Assembly (NCBI GenBank): GCA_965261545.1
Contig: CBDHDF010000002.1
Span: 64,001-128,000 of the forward strand
Length of the DNA stretch: 64,000 nt
From: Bdellovibrionales bacterium
Lineage (GTDB): Bacteria; Bdellovibrionota; Bdellovibrionia; Bdellovibrionales; UBA1609
Direction: 5' to 3'
How positions within the stretch are numbered: the first letter of the stretch is position 1; each line of letters opens with the position of its first letter. Both the position numbers and the translations under genes were made by a program. Below, one piece after another: positions 19,769 to 30,140 of this stretch. The notes under the pieces are model-generated. The model worked only from the letters and a program-made list of their open reading frames with translations, made no database searches and was not told the DNA's origin.

Positions 19769-21475
19769 GTAACATTCATGGGGGCGCCTTGCTTCCCCAC
19801 CCACGCCCATGAATCTTTCTAGGCCCCCACTTCTTTGCACGAAGCAACTCGGTGGACAGCTTCGCTGGTCTATATAATTGGCCTCTTTTAGTTACTCTGG
19901 ACTTTTGATGGTATTTTTGTCATGTATGATTCCGATACAATAAAGGATAAAGCAATAACATTATTGGAAGGTGATAAGATGAGTGGCCGTTGAATAGATT
20001 GGTAATTTTAATTCCGTGAAGTAACATGGTCTTGAGCTTTGGATCGAACCCACGCATGTACCTGCACTCTGAGTGTATGGACGTATAGTAAGTTGACCTA
20101 TTTTCGCTTTAGAATTTATGGCAAAATCCCAAGGCTCTAGTTTTATCACCTTCTTTTTTTCTAACAGAAAGGAGGAGTCATGTGGATATTATTTATAGTT
20201 CTGTTTGTGGAATAGATGTTCATCAACATATGTTGATGTGTACGATTGTCAAAGTGGAAGACGGTAAGAAGAAGTTTTTCACAAAAGAGTTCAAGAATTT
20301 TCCAAAAAATTTTCCTAGAATGCGCTCTTGGATGAAGCCACATAAGGTTGAGAGAGTTCTTTTTGAGAGCACAGGGATTTATTGGAATTCTTTATACGAT
20401 GATTTGACAGAAAAAGGTTATGAAGTAGATGTTATCAATGCCTTTCATGTCAAAAATATTACTGGTAAAAAAACTGACGTGTTGGATAGCCAGTGGATTG
20501 CAGAGCTTGGTGCTTGTGGTCTTCTAAGAGCTAGCTTCATTCCTCCACGTGAGATTCGTTCTATTAGACTTTTGGCTCGTTATCGTACAAAAACGATCCG
20601 CCAAATATCTTCGGAACAAAATCGTATGTATAAGGTTCTTGAATATTCAGGCATTCGTTTAACCTATGCAATGTCTAAAGCTGACTGCGTATCTGGTATG
20701 GCCATGATTCGTGCCATAGCTAATGGAGAGAGATCAGTTTCTAAATTGATGTCTCTTGCCAGAGGGTCTTTACGTCAAAAGACCGAAGAATTTTCTTACG
20801 CCCTGTCGGGAAAGATGACGGAAGAAAATCGTTTTGTTCTTCAACGCATTCTTGATCGAATAGATTTTTTGAAAAAAGAATGCTCTCAAATTGAAGAAGA
20901 ACTTTTCATTCGTATGAAACCCTATGAAAGGCAGTGGCATCTACTCCAGACTATACCTGGAATTGACGAATTAAGTGCAGCGCTTTTGATTGCAGAAATA
21001 GGAGGCAATGTGAAGTCTTTTAAAAATAAAGGAAATTTTTGCTCCTGGATGGGGATTTGCCCATCCAATAATGAGAGCGCAGGAAAAAAAGTCTTCACGA
21101 ACGAGGAAAGCGAACACATATGTGAAATCGTTGGTATGTGAGATGGCCAATAGTGCTATTAAGACGAATTCACAATTCAAAGGCAAATACCAATCACTTG
21201 TTATAAGGCGTGGGCACAAGAGATCAGTGATTGCCGTTGGTCACAAAATGATGGGAGTTGTTTATTCAGTCATAAGTAATGACACCCCCTACAAAGACCC
21301 TGGAATTGACTATGAAAAGCTCATGGTGAAAAAAAATGCACCAAGGTGGATTAGAGCGTTAAAAAAGTATGATTTCATGTAATGTAGGATGATTTAAAAA
21401 CTCGGACATTTGAAAAAATTCGAAGAACGGATAGTGGATTCGTGCGTCCAAACTACCCCGGAGATTCATAGTAAC
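19769..21475 (+). mobile_element. IS110-family element, copy 2
   Basis: Direct repeat of copy 1, 3 nt shorter, ending at GTAAC 21471-21475. Confidence 0.92.
20182..21382 (+). pseudogene. IS110 recombinase, frameshifted
   Basis: A7 at 21084-21090 versus A9 in copy 1; could be a sequencing error. Confidence 0.8.
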
Positions 21476-21481
21476 TATTCA

Positions 21482-23340
21482 GGGGGAATAGGAAGGATAA
21501 AAGGTCTTTTTTAGAAATCCGCAAAGCATGTCAGTAGAAACTGCAGAGGCCAGCGAAGACTCCAATAGGATTTTTGGGCTTAATTGATGGTTTAGAGTGG
21601 TGTTGGGCAAAGTTTGAGGAGAATGGGGCCAGAAAAATATGTTGTTTTGTGGTGTTGAGACGTACCTCTCCATGAACATAGAGGGAGGAGATGATACAGC
21701 TCTATGCGTCATTCAGGACAGTCAGAAGTTAAGAAAATGAATCGAAGCTCTCACTTTGTGGTGGGCCTCTGGGTGGCCATAGGCTTGGAGGTTGTGAGGT
21801 GATGCCGAGATGAGTAAGAATTTTTTCAATGACCTGAGGGTCTTCAATGGAAGAAATGACTTTTACTTTTCCACCACACTCGTGGCAAGTTTCAATGTCT
21901 ATATCAAAAACTCGCTTGAGCCTTTGAGCCCAGGTCATTCCTGAAGATCTTTTCTTGTTTGGCCTTGACTCTGAATCTTCCAAATCTAAGGTTTCTTCCC
22001 TTGAGTCTTCACCGATGGAGGCTTCAATTTGGGGTTGAGGGACGATGGAGGATCGATATTTGAAATTGGGCGCGAAAACTCCGTGGAATCTTGTGAGATT
22101 CACTCGTGGTCGAGGGATAAGGGAAGCAAGACGGCTAAGGAAATCAAGGGGGTCCAGAACGATATGAGTGGTTCCATTGTCATAGGCAGTTTTGAGTTTA
22201 TAGACAACTTGGCCCCTGGTATTTAATGAGAGCCTTTCTTCACTGAGGCTGGGTCTTGAAATATACCGGCATACCCTCTCTCGCTTTTTTTTCTCATGGG
22301 CTCTACATGCGACTCCTCCATGGAGGCTAAAGCCAGAATATTTGGCGAGAAATTCACTGTTAAAATCTTTACCTCTTGCTGATACAGTGTGAAGAGTCAG
22401 TGCTTTTTTCCCTTTGTGAGGACCGAGAGCTATTCTATAGGTGACTGATGATCCGTGGACTTGGTCCATACTGTCAGAGGCTTCCATAGCCAGATACTCT
22501 TGCCCTGTTTCATCCCTTAGGATGAGTCCCTTTTTTTCTAGGTGCTTGACCACTCTATGAGCTATGCTCACCAAGATGTGATCCATTTCACTTTGGGTGG
22601 GTGGAGTTATGGGGTGAAAATGAGGTTTACCTTCGGGGAATGTGTACACTCCATCCAAATACATCATATGGAAATGAATATTGAGATTGATGCTTCCGCC
22701 AAAGCGTTGAATGAAGGTAACAGAACCCGCCTTGGCTCCTGATTTTTTGGTGAGACCAGCTTTTTTGATCAGGTAGGTGGAAATGGCTCGATGAACGATG
22801 GCTAAGACCTCTCCCATGACCTTTGGATTTTTGGCAAAGAGGAATCTTATTTGAAAAGGAAAGCTAAGGACCCATTGTCGTAGGGGTTTTTGGGGAAAAA
22901 CTTCATCAACTAAGTGAGCTGCACTTTCAGCCATTCTTCTTGCGCCGCAGCTTGGGCAGAAGCCTCGACGCTTGCAGCTAAAGGCCACAAGCCTTTCATG
23001 GTGGCAAGATTCACACTGGGTTCTCAAGAAACCATGGGCAAGAATTCCACACTTGAGAAACTCATCGAATTCTTTTTTAACGAACTGGGGAAGGCCATTT
23101 TCATGCTCATTTTCTATGTGCCGGTAGAAAGTGAGTAGATTTTCTTGCACCAATTTGTAAAGGAGAGTCTTTTCAGGGCGGTGTCGTTGGTATTTGGGAG
23201 CATTGTTAAAGATATGGGGATCAACAAGGGCCATGGCCTTTGTTGGAAGGCAAATTCAAGGCCAACTGTACCCAGTAAGTCACCAATTGAGCCACAAGGT
23301 GGGAGAGTTCATCACTGGGTGGTGTCATCACGGCATTGAA
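21482..23340 (-). mobile_element. IS91/ISCR-like rolling-circle element (boundaries approximate)
   Basis: oriIS-like TTTATCCTTCCTATTCCCC on the minus strand downstream of the transposase; ter end only inferred. Confidence 0.65.
21729..23234 (-). CDS. IS91-family Y2 HUH transposase with zinc-binding domain
   Basis: FSCKRRGFCPSC, HUH motif NIHFH, RYISRP and RFHGVFAP. Confidence 0.93.
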   Translation of the reverse strand: MALVDPHIFNNAPKYQRHRPEKTLLYKLVQENLLTFYRHIENEHENGLPQFVKKEFDEFLKCGILAHGFLRTQCESCHHERLVAFSCKRRGFCPSCGARRMAESAAHLVDEVFPQKPLRQWVLSFPFQIRFLFAKNPKVMGEVLAIVHRAISTYLIKKAGLTKKSGAKAGSVTFIQRFGGSINLNIHFHMMYLDGVYTFPEGKPHFHPITPPTQSEMDHILVSIAHRVVKHLEKKGLILRDETGQEYLAMEASDSMDQVHGSSVTYRIALGPHKGKKALTLHTVSARGKDFNSEFLAKYSGFSLHGGVACRAHEKKKRERVCRYISRPSLSEERLSLNTRGQVVYKLKTAYDNGTTHIVLDPLDFLSRLASLIPRPRVNLTRFHGVFAPNFKYRSSIVPQPQIEASIGEDSREETLDLEDSESRPNKKRSSGMTWAQRLKRVFDIDIETCHECGGKVKVISSIEDPQVIEKILTHLGITSQPPSLWPPRGPPQSESFDSFS

Positions 23341-23720
23341 AGAGGAGCCCCATTAATCAAGGTACTTGAACACTTATCTTTAAAAAACTCTGAATCTTGC
23401 CTTGAATCCTTACTTTTTTGGTTTTTTTTGGTATCGGGAGTGGCTATGGGCGAGTCCACAACCTCCCCCAATGAATACTGCCCTGCGTAATAATGAATCT
23501 TCACCTTATCCATCCCAATTTCTATCTTATGCACCAACCTCTTGATAATCTTAGCTTGAACTTCAGGGTCGCCTCCCTCCCCAAGAACTTTGTTCGCAAG
23601 CTCCAAAAAGGACTGGTAACTTTGAAAATCCACCGGCAACTCTTGAAGACCCACATATCCATTTTTCAGTTCATCAAGCCTTTCCTGAGCCACCTTTTTC
23701 GCAGCTTCAAGTTTGGACAT
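23341..23720 (-). pseudogene. C-terminal fragment of a large serine recombinase
   Basis: Coiled coil followed by IIKRLVHKIEI...VKIHY...SSTLINGAP, typical of these C-termini; no catalytic domain present. Confidence 0.55.
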
Positions 23721-23865
23721 GCGAAAGAAAAAAGTAGCGTAGCCTGATAGAGTCCCAACTCTTCATCCCTAGACTTGGCTTAGATAGTGTAACCGCTTTT
23801 CAAGCCTATGCCAGTTTATCTCCCATTCAAGATGTCTCCGGTATGGACCATTGCGGTGAGTTATT

Positions 23866-23881
23866 TGGTCGGAGCGACGGG
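23866..23881 (-). tRNA. 16-nt 3' fragment of tRNA-Pro (att relic)
   Basis: Minus strand reads CCCGTCGCTCCGACCA; three CGGCCATCA direct repeats lie nearby at 23924-23952. Confidence 0.5.
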
Positions 23882-24289
23882 GTGGGGGTTAAATGGCTAA
23901 AATCATTAAGTCTGACAAGGCGTCGGCCATCAGCGGCCATCAGCGGCCATCAACTCTTGCACAAGTTCTACACCAATTAATATCCTCCACAGATCAAAAA
24001 TAGAAGGGCTGCCTAAAAGTATCCAATACAGGTCTTCAAAAAAGCTATGACTGCGTTTCACCAATGCATCTCCAAGGGTGGACCTAGGGATTCCAAAAAT
24101 TTTTTCAATATCCCGAAATGTTTATAAGCTTAAAGCAAAGAAGCCAATGAGGGAGCAGGTCAGTTGCCAAGTGGAAAAACTAATGACACCCTTGTCTATT
24201 TGCCACTTCTTTTTAACATCTTGTTATTATTGAGGAATCCTCCGGACGCCAGTGAAGTATCCACTACAGCTATTCAAAATCATGTGACC

Positions 24290-25174
24290 TTAGTACATCT
24301 CTCTCCACGTTTTCTTGGAGAGTTCTGTTTGAACGCCCCTCGCTGCTGGATCAACGAGACTCAGATATCCAGATTTGTCTTCAAAGTTCTCCGGAAAAAC
24401 TCCCAAACACAATTTTTCTGTATGCTTCGATCTGTATAGTATTGCTTGAATTCCGGCGTTGTAGACAATGTGTCCAAATATTTGGGATGACGATGGGATT
24501 GTGAATAAGGAGGGTTGAGCAGCCCAGTTGTGGTCACGCATTATATTTTTTAGTTGAGCCGGAGTGCGGACATTTTGTGGCTCGTTTAACCTCAGCTTCT
24601 TTGCTTTCTTTTTTAATTCATCAGGGACTGGGATTTTTTTAATTACATTAATGAAGGGGCTAAGTGCTTTCTTATCAGTGACATCCAGAACGAGATCAAG
24701 TTTTCCGCTTAATTGAGTAGCTGAATACGACACAAGAGAGCCTGTGAATTCCTCCCTTTTAATTTTCCTTTTATCTGGAGCATTAGAAGAAAATTTCTCT
24801 GCCATAGCTGTGTCATGGTTGGAAGCAATATAAAGGCAAGAAAATGGAGGGTACTTCATTGGGTCAATCTGTCCGAAGTTGAATCTCCCTCCAATGCTAT
24901 GCAATCTACTCCCTGCCGCAGAGAGTGGATTGTTGTTGTATTTCTGAGTTAATACCCTGAACCATTTATCGAACTTATAGCTAATGGCACCTTTAATGAG
25001 TGCCTTCTGGACCTTGTTCGCTAACTTTGATCTCTCGTTTGCATAGTAAGAGTACTCTTCCCAGTAGAAGTCAAATAGGCTTTCATGTTTCTCTCTCCAC
25101 TTTTCAATGTCGTGAGCAGAAAAACTATCCAGAAGGATAAGGGGTTGTTCAGTATGGGAATCAGATATTGACAT
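24290..25174 (-). CDS. RES-domain toxin (NAD+-consuming family)
   Basis: GGRFN, LYIAS...AMAE and AILYRS supply the R-E-S residues. Confidence 0.85.
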   Translation of the reverse strand: MSISDSHTEQPLILLDSFSAHDIEKWREKHESLFDFYWEEYSYYANERSKLANKVQKALIKGAISYKFDKWFRVLTQKYNNNPLSAAGSRLHSIGGRFNFGQIDPMKYPPFSCLYIASNHDTAMAEKFSSNAPDKRKIKREEFTGSLVSYSATQLSGKLDLVLDVTDKKALSPFINVIKKIPVPDELKKKAKKLRLNEPQNVRTPAQLKNIMRDHNWAAQPSLFTIPSSSQIFGHIVYNAGIQAILYRSKHTEKLCLGVFPENFEDKSGYLSLVDPAARGVQTELSKKTWREMY

Positions 25175-25183
25175 AGCTTAGAA

Positions 25184-25576
25184 TTACGGCAAATTCCCTT
25201 CCATGGCATCAAAAATAAAGCTCTTTAGTTTTTTATACCTTCCGAAGCGAATCATGTCTCGTGGAGTTAAGTTTCCAAGCATAGGGTTTTCCATTTTGAA
25301 CCATAGCGTGGTCTTATCTGTGTCTCCATTAAAGTTACTGGCAACGATTTCACAAGTATTAGCGATTTCCTCCAGCTTTGTCTTTAATAATTGAGGTACT
25401 CTAGCGCCGCTGTACCGGACTGAGTTCTCTGAAACATTCGCGATCTTTGCGACGTCATTGTTTGAAAACTCAAAAAAGTTGGCTACTTTTTTCAAGTCTG
25501 TTGTCCCCTGTCTATAAAAGGGCATATACTTACTGGTTGGAACAGTAGCAAATAAATCCTTCTGAGAAGCTTTCAT
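25184..25576 (-). CDS. Xre/MbcA/ParS-type antitoxin
   Basis: Upstream of the RES gene; C-terminal WFKMENPMLGNLTPRDMI; GGAGG RBS. Confidence 0.85.
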   Translation of the reverse strand: MKASQKDLFATVPTSKYMPFYRQGTTDLKKVANFFEFSNNDVAKIANVSENSVRYSGARVPQLLKTKLEEIANTCEIVASNFNGDTDKTTLWFKMENPMLGNLTPRDMIRFGRYKKLKSFIFDAMEGNLP

Positions 25577-26898
25577 TAAACCTCCTATTAACCATTTATC
25601 GGCTAATTTATAGCCAAACTTAAGCCAAAAACTAGCTCATATCAACTTCTTTTTAAATATAATAATAACAAATACTTAGGTTACATACCATTCTCTTGTT
25701 CTTCTTAAGGACTTTAGTCAGGACACTTTCTAATGAGTTTAATGGGAGAATCCACAGGTGTTTCTTTTATTGATGCAAGAACTGGCGTCCCCGGTCCCAA
25801 GATAAGCGAACACCCCCAAGTTGTGGAAAGGGTGTACTCGATGGAGTGGAGGCGGCTTTCTAGACATTTTGGGCGTTCTGGGCCATAGATCTGGAAAACC
25901 TAAGGAGGGCTGAGTTTGACTTTACAAGGAACTGGCAAATTTCCTTATGGGCTCTCGCAGCAGTCTGTTTTGTAATGATCTGGCCTGCGCATTGGCTCAT
26001 AAAAGAGGTAACTTTGGATGGTGCGATATTTTTGAGCTAATCGCCGATGGACTCATAAATATCTTACCCTAGATTGAGTTGTTGTTAGCTGACAATTAAA
26101 ATGCCCCACCGTCGCCAATGAAAAGTGGCCACTTTTCAGAGGAGGACCTATGGTGATTTTTGGCATTGTCAACCGAGACGCATATAATCAATTGATATTA
26201 CTCATAAAAAGGCTCCGAGCTGATAAGAACTCCTTTTGGGTTCTTGTCGACCTGGAAAGGGGCTCCGTGTTGGAGAGTCCTTCCATGACAGCCTATTCAG
26301 GTTCCATATTTCTCATTTGTAGACTGTTTCTGGATTTCAATGAGGTTAAATATATAGTCAAGAAAAGCCTGTTTAGGCTGTGCCCATTTTCTAAAGTATT
26401 TAAATTCCACAAGATTCCAACATTTGCCTCAATTTTCATGGAATTTCTTTCTGAAGACAGGCTTCCCTTAAAGCCGTCGCCAATTAAAATGTCCCACTTT
26501 CAATATGGAGGTTGTCGCCAATGAAAAGTGACCAATCTTCAGGGAGTGTTCAAATACTAGACAATGAAGTTTCTTCTTCTGATATAGATACTAAGCTCAC
26601 AGAGTCCCTCCCTCTTGCAACTCAAAAGGTTAGCAATGAGGAGGATCTTATGATTAGTCAATACACTTTCGGCCGCATTCGTGACCTGAGTCACAGTGGT
26701 AAAAATAAGACAGAAATATCTCGTGAATTAGGGATCAATCGTAAGACGGTGCGCAAGTACTGTGAGTCCAACACCCCACCGAAGTACAAGGCGAGGTCCA
26801 AAAGAACTCGCCCAAATCCCCTTAATGGATATATGGATCGGGTGAAGTACTTTTTGAAGTTGAACCCAAGTAACACCGCCCGTGAAATATATGAGCTA

Positions 26899-28797
26899 CC
26901 TGAAATCCCTAAAAGTTGTAACTAGGTGTAGGACTTAAGTCCTGATTATTGTCTGAGAAGGCCTTCACTTTGATTAAGAGATTGTCATCTCTTCAAAAGC
27001 ATAGTTACAATATTAACGATGTCATACACTTTTGAGCAAAAAAATAAGGGAAAAACCTATGTCTATAAAGTTGAAAGCTTTTGGGACAAGGAAAAAAAGC
27101 AGGCCAGGCAAAAACGCATCTACCTTGGAAGAAAGGATGAGTTTACAGGTCAAATTAAGACCAAAAGAAAAAAGATTCCCATAGGCTCCTATAATGTGGG
27201 AGCCTTATTTTTCTTAGAGAAAATATGCGAACAACTAAATCTTCTAAAAACATTGTCTAAAATTTATCCAGATAATTACGAACATTATTTGCATTTAGCT
27301 TTTTTTAAAATAATCAAAAGAGAGCCCTTTTATCTTTACGATATGTGGTGTCAAGAAGCTTATGTTTCAAAGAAAAATTTTATGTCGTCACAAAAAATAA
27401 GCAATCTCTTATGTGATCTTGGGAGAGATCAAAAAAAGATAGAATCTTTCTTTAGCGAATGGATAAATCAAGTGAAGGGTTCTGGTACGGTAATGTTTGA
27501 CATCACATCCTTTTCTTCCTACTCTATGAATAATGAATTTTTAGAGAAAGGTTACAACAGAGATGGAGAGAATCTCGAACAAATAAACTTAGGTCTGATA
27601 AGTAGGAAATCTGAAGACAATAAAACTCATACGCCTATAGCGTACAGAATCTATCCTGGAAGTATACCGGATGTCAAAACTTTATCGAATATTATTGAGA
27701 TCATAACAAGTTATAAATTAGATTTAGATTGTTTAGTTATGGATAAGGGTTTTTCTAGTGTAGAAAATATTAAGGGACTGCATCGTAAGGAATTGAAGTA
27801 TTTGATACCCATGAGTTTTAGAACAAAACTCTCAAGAGAGCTTGCTGTGGCTTTAAATGAGAAAATAAAATCTCCATCATGCTCTTTTACTTTTAATGAG
27901 GAAATTTATTCGCATTGCAAAGAATCAATAAAAATCGGAGGATTTGATTGTACGGCTCATATTTTCTTAGACAAAGAAAGAAGGGTTTATGAGGAATCTG
28001 TGTTAATGAAAGAGTTGCTTGATTTTATGAAACTCTTTCTTGAGAAAGATTTGAAATCAGAAGAACAAGCTAGTTCCTATATGAAAGAAACTTTAGGAAA
28101 TAAAAAAAGGTTTCTCAATATCTCTGATTGCACTCCATTTAAGATTTCTTTAAATGAAGAAAATATTAATGAAGAATCTTCTACGCTGGGTATTATGATA
28201 TTAATTACAAATAGTCATGATTTAAAGAAAACAAATATATTGAGTTTATATCGAAACAAAGATATCATTGAGAAAGTATTTTTCTCATTCAAGCATGATA
28301 TTAATGGAAGGAGAAGTCGAGTTCATTCTCTCATGAATATGAGGGGAAGCATCTTTATTAATTTTCTCTCTTTAATTTTAATTTCACATATTGATACTGT
28401 TATGAAAGATAAGAAGTTATATAAAAAAATGTCTAAAATAGAAATTTACAAAATGATGGACCGATTAAAATTTTATGAATTAGCTACAGGTGATCTGATG
28501 CTTGGAGAGCTGTCTAAAAAACAAAAGGATATTTTTTCAGCCTTCCAAATAGATGGGCTTCCCAAGACAAAATGATGTTTTTTATCTGTTTCAAATGTGA
28601 CGGTGGCTGTGGCTACCACTATGCCTCATCTATCCAATGGGGACGAAGAGGACCTTTCGCAGCAAATTCTTATGAATCATATTAAATATATTAATACTAT
28701 TAAACCTCTCAAACCGTTGACAGCAGCCAATTCCATAGGAAGAGAGGAAAGTTAACGCAATACATTAAACCTAGTTACAACTTTTAGGGATTTCAGG
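26899..28797 (+). mobile_element. IS1634-family element A
   Basis: Perfect 28-bp IR CCTGAAATCCCTAAAAGTTGTAACTAGG; 6-bp target duplication GAGCTA. Confidence 0.92.
27019..28575 (+). CDS. IS1634-family transposase
   Basis: FDITSFSSYS, GYNRDGE, VMDKGF and YRNKDIIEKVF. Confidence 0.88.
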   Translation: MSYTFEQKNKGKTYVYKVESFWDKEKKQARQKRIYLGRKDEFTGQIKTKRKKIPIGSYNVGALFFLEKICEQLNLLKTLSKIYPDNYEHYLHLAFFKIIKREPFYLYDMWCQEAYVSKKNFMSSQKISNLLCDLGRDQKKIESFFSEWINQVKGSGTVMFDITSFSSYSMNNEFLEKGYNRDGENLEQINLGLISRKSEDNKTHTPIAYRIYPGSIPDVKTLSNIIEIITSYKLDLDCLVMDKGFSSVENIKGLHRKELKYLIPMSFRTKLSRELAVALNEKIKSPSCSFTFNEEIYSHCKESIKIGGFDCTAHIFLDKERRVYEESVLMKELLDFMKLFLEKDLKSEEQASSYMKETLGNKKRFLNISDCTPFKISLNEENINEESSTLGIMILITNSHDLKKTNILSLYRNKDIIEKVFFSFKHDINGRRSRVHSLMNMRGSIFINFLSLILISHIDTVMKDKKLYKKMSKIEIYKMMDRLKFYELATGDLMLGELSKKQKDIFSAFQIDGLPKTK

Positions 28798-30140
28798 GAG
28801 CTATTAGTTGAGGAGGGTTATCGTGGGAGTGAGAGAACGGTTCAGAGAAGAGTTTGTGAGATTCTTGGTTCTCGCCCCAAGGAGCGTTTTTTCAGCCAAA
28901 GATATGATCCTGGAGAACAGGCTCAGTTTGATTTTAAGGAGAAGGTTGCTTTACCATTTGCCGATGGTGTTCAGATCGTTCATCTCCATTTTGGAACATT
29001 GCCTTGTAGTGGCACCTGTTGGGTTCGTGCCTACCCCTTTCTTGTCTATGAGTGTTTCATCGATGGGGTGCATGCTTTTTTTGAAAAGATAGGTGGGATG
29101 AGTGCGAACATCCGTATTGATAATTTATCTCCCTGTGTGAAGAAAGTTCTTAAAGGAAATCAGCGAATTTACACCCAATCTTTTGATCGAGCCATCCAAT
29201 ACTATGGATTTAAGGTTCTTCCCTGCCGCGCAGGGAAGGGCTCTGACAAGGGAGATGTGGAGCGTGATATTCGAACCTTCAGTTCTCGGATAAAAAATAT
29301 TGTTAGAAACAAAGGAATTGTTTTTAAAGACTGGGATCATTTGAATCAGTTTTTAGAGTCTTATATGGATCAGCATCAGAGTGACTCCACCAAATCTCGC
29401 TTTGAGGAGGAGGCCAAAGTTCTTAAGCCTTTGCCTCCACGAGATGAAGATATTCTCTGTAAGGTGAATATTTGTCAAAGTAATGGTTATGGGACTTTGA
29501 GAATAGGTAAAACCACATATTCCATACCTGATGAGGTGATCCAATCTCCCTGTAAAACCGTACAGGGTCCCTATCATGTCACGATCTATCGTGCAGGAGG
29601 GAAGCAAGAAATTGTCGCTCGCCATCAAAGAAAACCTGATGGGGAGCATAGTCTTCTTCTTGAACATATCCTTCCCTCTTTAGTTCGTAAGCCGCAAGCC
29701 ATGGTAAGATGGGCTCACCGATCCATTCTTTTTCCAACAAATGTGTTTGAAAATTTTTATCAATACCTCAAGCAACAAGATTCAAGCCGTGCCGAGCATG
29801 AATATTTAAGAGTTATCAACTTGATTCAGCATGTGAGTTGGCAGGACTTATCTACAGCCATGGAGCTTCAATTAGAAAGTCGTGAGATTTTCGACTTTAA
29901 ATCCATAAAAGATTTGCTCTTAGGCAATCCCACCAAAATTAATTTGAATGACCAACAAAAACCACTTCAACCTAGATTGTCTCAATATGACAGTCTTGTT
30001 CCAAACATAGGAGGTTCTTAATGAATCACGAAGAACTTATAGGTTCTCTTAAAAAACTCCGACTTCCAGCGATGGCGGATGAATATGTTGCAACGGCTAG
30101 AGTTGCCGAAAAAACAAAAAAGACGTATGAACAGTATTTA

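Larger units (their letters stand above)
18064..19773 (+). mobile_element. IS110-family element, copy 1 of a tandem dimer
   Basis: Bounded by GTAAC at 18064 and 19769, no terminal IRs, ~410-bp non-coding left end. Confidence 0.92.
26650..30021 (+). pseudogene. istA: istA interrupted by an IS1634-like element
   Basis: Sequence resumes exactly after the GAGCTA duplication. Confidence 0.92.

Noticed and set aside
24040..24130. Minus-strand HTH-like peptide TFRDIEKIFGIPRSTLGDAL
   Set aside because: No start or intact frame; too short to assign.
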